DNA of 64,000 nucleotides from Pyrinomonadaceae bacterium (GTDB lineage Bacteria; Acidobacteriota; Blastocatellia; Pyrinomonadales; Pyrinomonadaceae): NCBI GenBank assembly GCA_035276045.1, contig DATELZ010000147.1, positions 2,626 to 66,625 of the forward strand, read 5' to 3'. Shown piece by piece: positions 61,811 to 64,000 of this stretch (position 1 is its first letter; each line of letters starts with the position of its first letter). The notes under the pieces were generated by a model. It saw only the letters and a program-made list of their open reading frames with translations, ran no database searches and was not told where the DNA came from. The position numbers and the translations under genes were made by a program.

Positions 61811-64000
61811 TCAGTTAGATCCGTGTTTCGTTCGGAGTTCAATAACAGCAACCGCGCCGGGTGCAACTAACACGGTGAGGTTCTCAGGACTCATGGCGTG
61901 ATCGGTTATCCAATCGGTCACGCCATCAATTTTTCCCTTGCGCAAACTGACCTTCACATACTCGTGAGCAGTGCGATCCACCTGGGCCAACCCTTGCTGC
62001 GGTTTGAACACTCCGTTGTTGTTGATGAGCGTGACGACCCACCCATTATCCGTGCGATTGATCAAGTATTCGACGTCGCCCTCAACTTTCACCGGCGTCG
62101 CATCCGAGAAGACATGGGCCAACAAGTGCGCGGCAAACGGCGTCATCCGTTCGTCTACGCCAAGCCAATCAGGCAACGCGGAAAAGATCACAGTTCCCTT
62201 TCCGACTTTATTCACCGTCACCAACGGATCGCCATTAGCAGCGCTAGTCAAAACCGTCGCGCCCTGTAGCTCGATCTTTTCGTAACGAAACACCTGCCCG
62301 CTCAGATCCTGCGCTGCTTCTCCAGACAAACGACAACGCGCGCTATCAGCTTCCGCCGTCGCATTCGTAAACTTGACGCCCAGCAACTGCGCCGGCACGC
62401 CTTTGGCCTGCGCCGCATTCAGAACGACAGTCCCGCCGTTGCGCACATAATCCGTCACCTTCTGTATCCACTCAGGCGACCACTCGATCCGTCCCCCGAC
62501 AACCACAGCGCGATACGCAGCCAGCGGCGACTTGACACCATCCGTCGCCGTCAGCACGTCGAAAATATCGCCAAACGCACCGGAAATAAACGCTTGCCTG
62601 TCCGCCGACGCAGCCTCGCCTTCCATTACCAGCCCCGGCCAATAAGCAACGCCAAACAATTCCCGCAGCGCGCGATCGCCGCGATCGATCTGCGCGACTT
62701 CAAACGGCCACTGCGGATAGTCCGTCATCTCAAACCCATGCGCCGGATCGAGCAGAAACGCGATCGGCGTGTACGGCGTGCCGCGATCCGGATGCTTTTC
62801 GGCAAACTGCACGAACTCGTCGGTGATCCGTCCGAGCGGATTTAGCTGGAACGGATGCTCGCCTGGTCCAGGTTTGAAAAACTGATCGTGTCCCTGCTCG
62901 AGATAGATCGCCGAAACGCCCGACATGTAATAGAGGTAATAGTTCTTTCTGTACCACGACAGCGATGGTCCCATCGTCGCGCCATAACGCGAGTGATAAA
63001 AATGATCGGGACCGGCGAAGTTCTGCGCGCGCGTAAACGTGGTGGCGGTGTCGCCAAAGTTCGGCGCGTGGTAGTAAAGAAAAGTGCGGCCAAACTGTCG
63101 CGCCGCTCCGCGCGTGAATGCGATGCGCATGCCCGTCATCGGCATGACTGCCGCGGTTTCCATGCCGAGCAGGTTGACGCCCCACTGCGTCAACGCGTGT
63201 GCGAAAGATGTGCTGGAGGTCGACTGCGCGGGAATCAGTTTGTCCCACATCGGACCGGTTTCGGTATGAAACGCGTCGCGCCACTTGCGCGTCAGCGCCT
63301 GGGTGTAAAAATTCTTGTGCGCTTCGAGCAGTTGACGCCGCGTCATCGAGGGATTGATCTTCAGCTCGGCCGGCGCGGAGTCCCAGACGTAGCCAACACT
63401 CTCGCCGGAGACCCAACCAATAAACTGATCCTTGAATTCGCCGTTCAACAGTTGCCACACCGCTCGCCCTTGTTCGGCTGTCATCGTGGCGCTGGCGTAG
63501 TTGATCAGAATGGCGAAGGGAACCTTCGTCTCGCGCAGGTAACGCAGAAACTGGCTGCCTTCTTTCAAATACTCCGGCACGCTGTTGTAGTAGATAACCG
63601 GAACGACTAGTTTCGATTGAAACAGCGGCACGGCGCGCGCGCCTTTGTACTTCGCGACGAATGCGTCGATCGGTTCGGCGTTGAACGGATACAACGGCCG
63701 CTCCGCCTCGGGCTTGTCCAGCAGCGGCCAAAATTCTTTCGCGATGTTCCACGGCATGAGGAAGTCGCGGCCTGCGAGTTTCGGACGCACCCAGAGCTCA
63801 GGAATATTTGACGATGGCTCGCCGGGCAACAACGAGGCGAGCGGCCTTAACTTGTCGTCATTGATCCACGTCCGCAGATAACGTTGCGCGGCGAAGTCTG
63901 GCTTTTCACGATCTTTCGGGATGTATGCGAAATCGTTGGTGAGCACGAAGCAGTCGACGTGTCTTCGCGCGCCGGCGGTTTTCTCGATATTGATCGAAAC
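61811..64000 (-). CDS. Large hypothetical protein (5' end outside the window)
   Basis: The frame stays open from 63946 to the window edge (hand translation VSINIEKTAGARRHVDCF-VLTNDFAYIP..), so the gene is 5'-truncated here and encodes more than 729 aa. I am confident of no family. The C-terminal part (GGTVVLNAAQAKGVPAQLLG) loosely recalls the GATase-like trimerisation domains of glycosidases. Confidence 0.7.
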   Translation of the reverse strand, partial: VSINIEKTAGARRHVDCFVLTNDFAYIPKDREKPDFAAQRYLRTWINDDKLRPLASLLPGEPSSNIPELWVRPKLAGRDFLMPWNIAKEFWPLLDKPEAERPLYPFNAEPIDAFVAKYKGARAVPLFQSKLVVPVIYYNSVPEYLKEGSQFLRYLRETKVPFAILINYASATMTAEQGRAVWQLLNGEFKDQFIGWVSGESVGYVWDSAPAELKINPSMTRRQLLEAHKNFYTQALTRKWRDAFHTETGPMWDKLIPAQSTSSTSFAHALTQWGVNLLGMETAAVMPMTGMRIAFTRGAARQFGRTFLYYHAPNFGDTATTFTRAQNFAGPDHFYHSRYGATMGPSLSWYRKNYYLYYMSGVSAIYLEQGHDQFFKPGPGEHPFQLNPLGRITDEFVQFAEKHPDRGTPYTPIAFLLDPAHGFEMTDYPQWPFEVAQIDRGDRALRELFGVAYWPGLVMEGEAASADRQAFISGAFGDIFDVLTATDGVKSPLAAYRAVVVGGRIEWSPEWIQKVTDYVRNGGTVVLNAAQAKGVPAQLLGVKFTNATAEADSARCRLSGEAAQDLSGQVFRYEKIELQGATVLTSAANGDPLVTVNKVGKGTVIFSALPDWLGVDERMTPFAAHLLAHVFSDATPVKVEGDVEYLINRTDNGWVVTLINNNGVFKPQQGLAQVDRTAHEYVKVSLRKGKIDGVTDWITDHAMSPENLTVLVAPGAVAVIELRTKHGSN

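Overview
This is a 64-kb chromosomal segment, probably from an Acidobacteriota-like soil bacterium. That assignment is an inference from three things: an ADOP-type duplicated orphan FtsX permease, a PF07638-type ECF sigma factor paired with a TPR Ser/Thr kinase, and many giant secreted beta-helix, DUF11 and LamG proteins. I support about 35 CDSs and one tRNA-Arg(CCT). I saw no rRNA, CRISPR array, transposase or integrase.

Layout:
- 1-3.8 kb: a partial NfeD-like gene and a beta-helix/Calx-beta exoprotein.
- 4.5-15.2 kb: a four-gene DUF11 surface operon that includes a 1936-aa protein with a barrel-like C-terminus. Two inverted copies of a ~290-nt composite palindromic element bracket the operon.
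- 15.5-19.3 kb: an operon encoding an ECF sigma factor, a Ser/Thr kinase and a zinc-ribbon membrane protein.
- 19.6-21.4 kb: a PQQ-like beta-propeller protein.
- 22.0-26.3 kb: an exported 8-Cys mini-protein, a membrane-anchored TlpA-like CxxC protein and an ADOP permease.
- 26.3-28.1 kb: an SLC13/TrkA-C transporter.
- 28.3-43.0 kb: a minus-strand operon of four very large proteins (1560, 648, 1273 and 1320 aa) in which I recognise no established family or catalytic motif. This is the best candidate for an undescribed system.
- 43.3-49.1 kb: an AT-rich gene pair and a 1506-aa protein with a DMFase-like domain and LamG repeats.
- 49.1-58.6 kb: housekeeping-type genes (tRNA-Arg, apt, acyP, an M16 peptidase pair, a metallophosphoesterase, an ABC-type ATPase, an alpha/beta hydrolase).
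- 58.6-64 kb: two odd low-complexity envelope proteins and a partial gene.

Three families of palindromic intergenic repeats are dispersed through the window. Two copies exactly fill the internal gaps of the giant operon, and one copy lies inside a coding N-terminus. All family assignments come from reading motifs in the translations. No database search was run.
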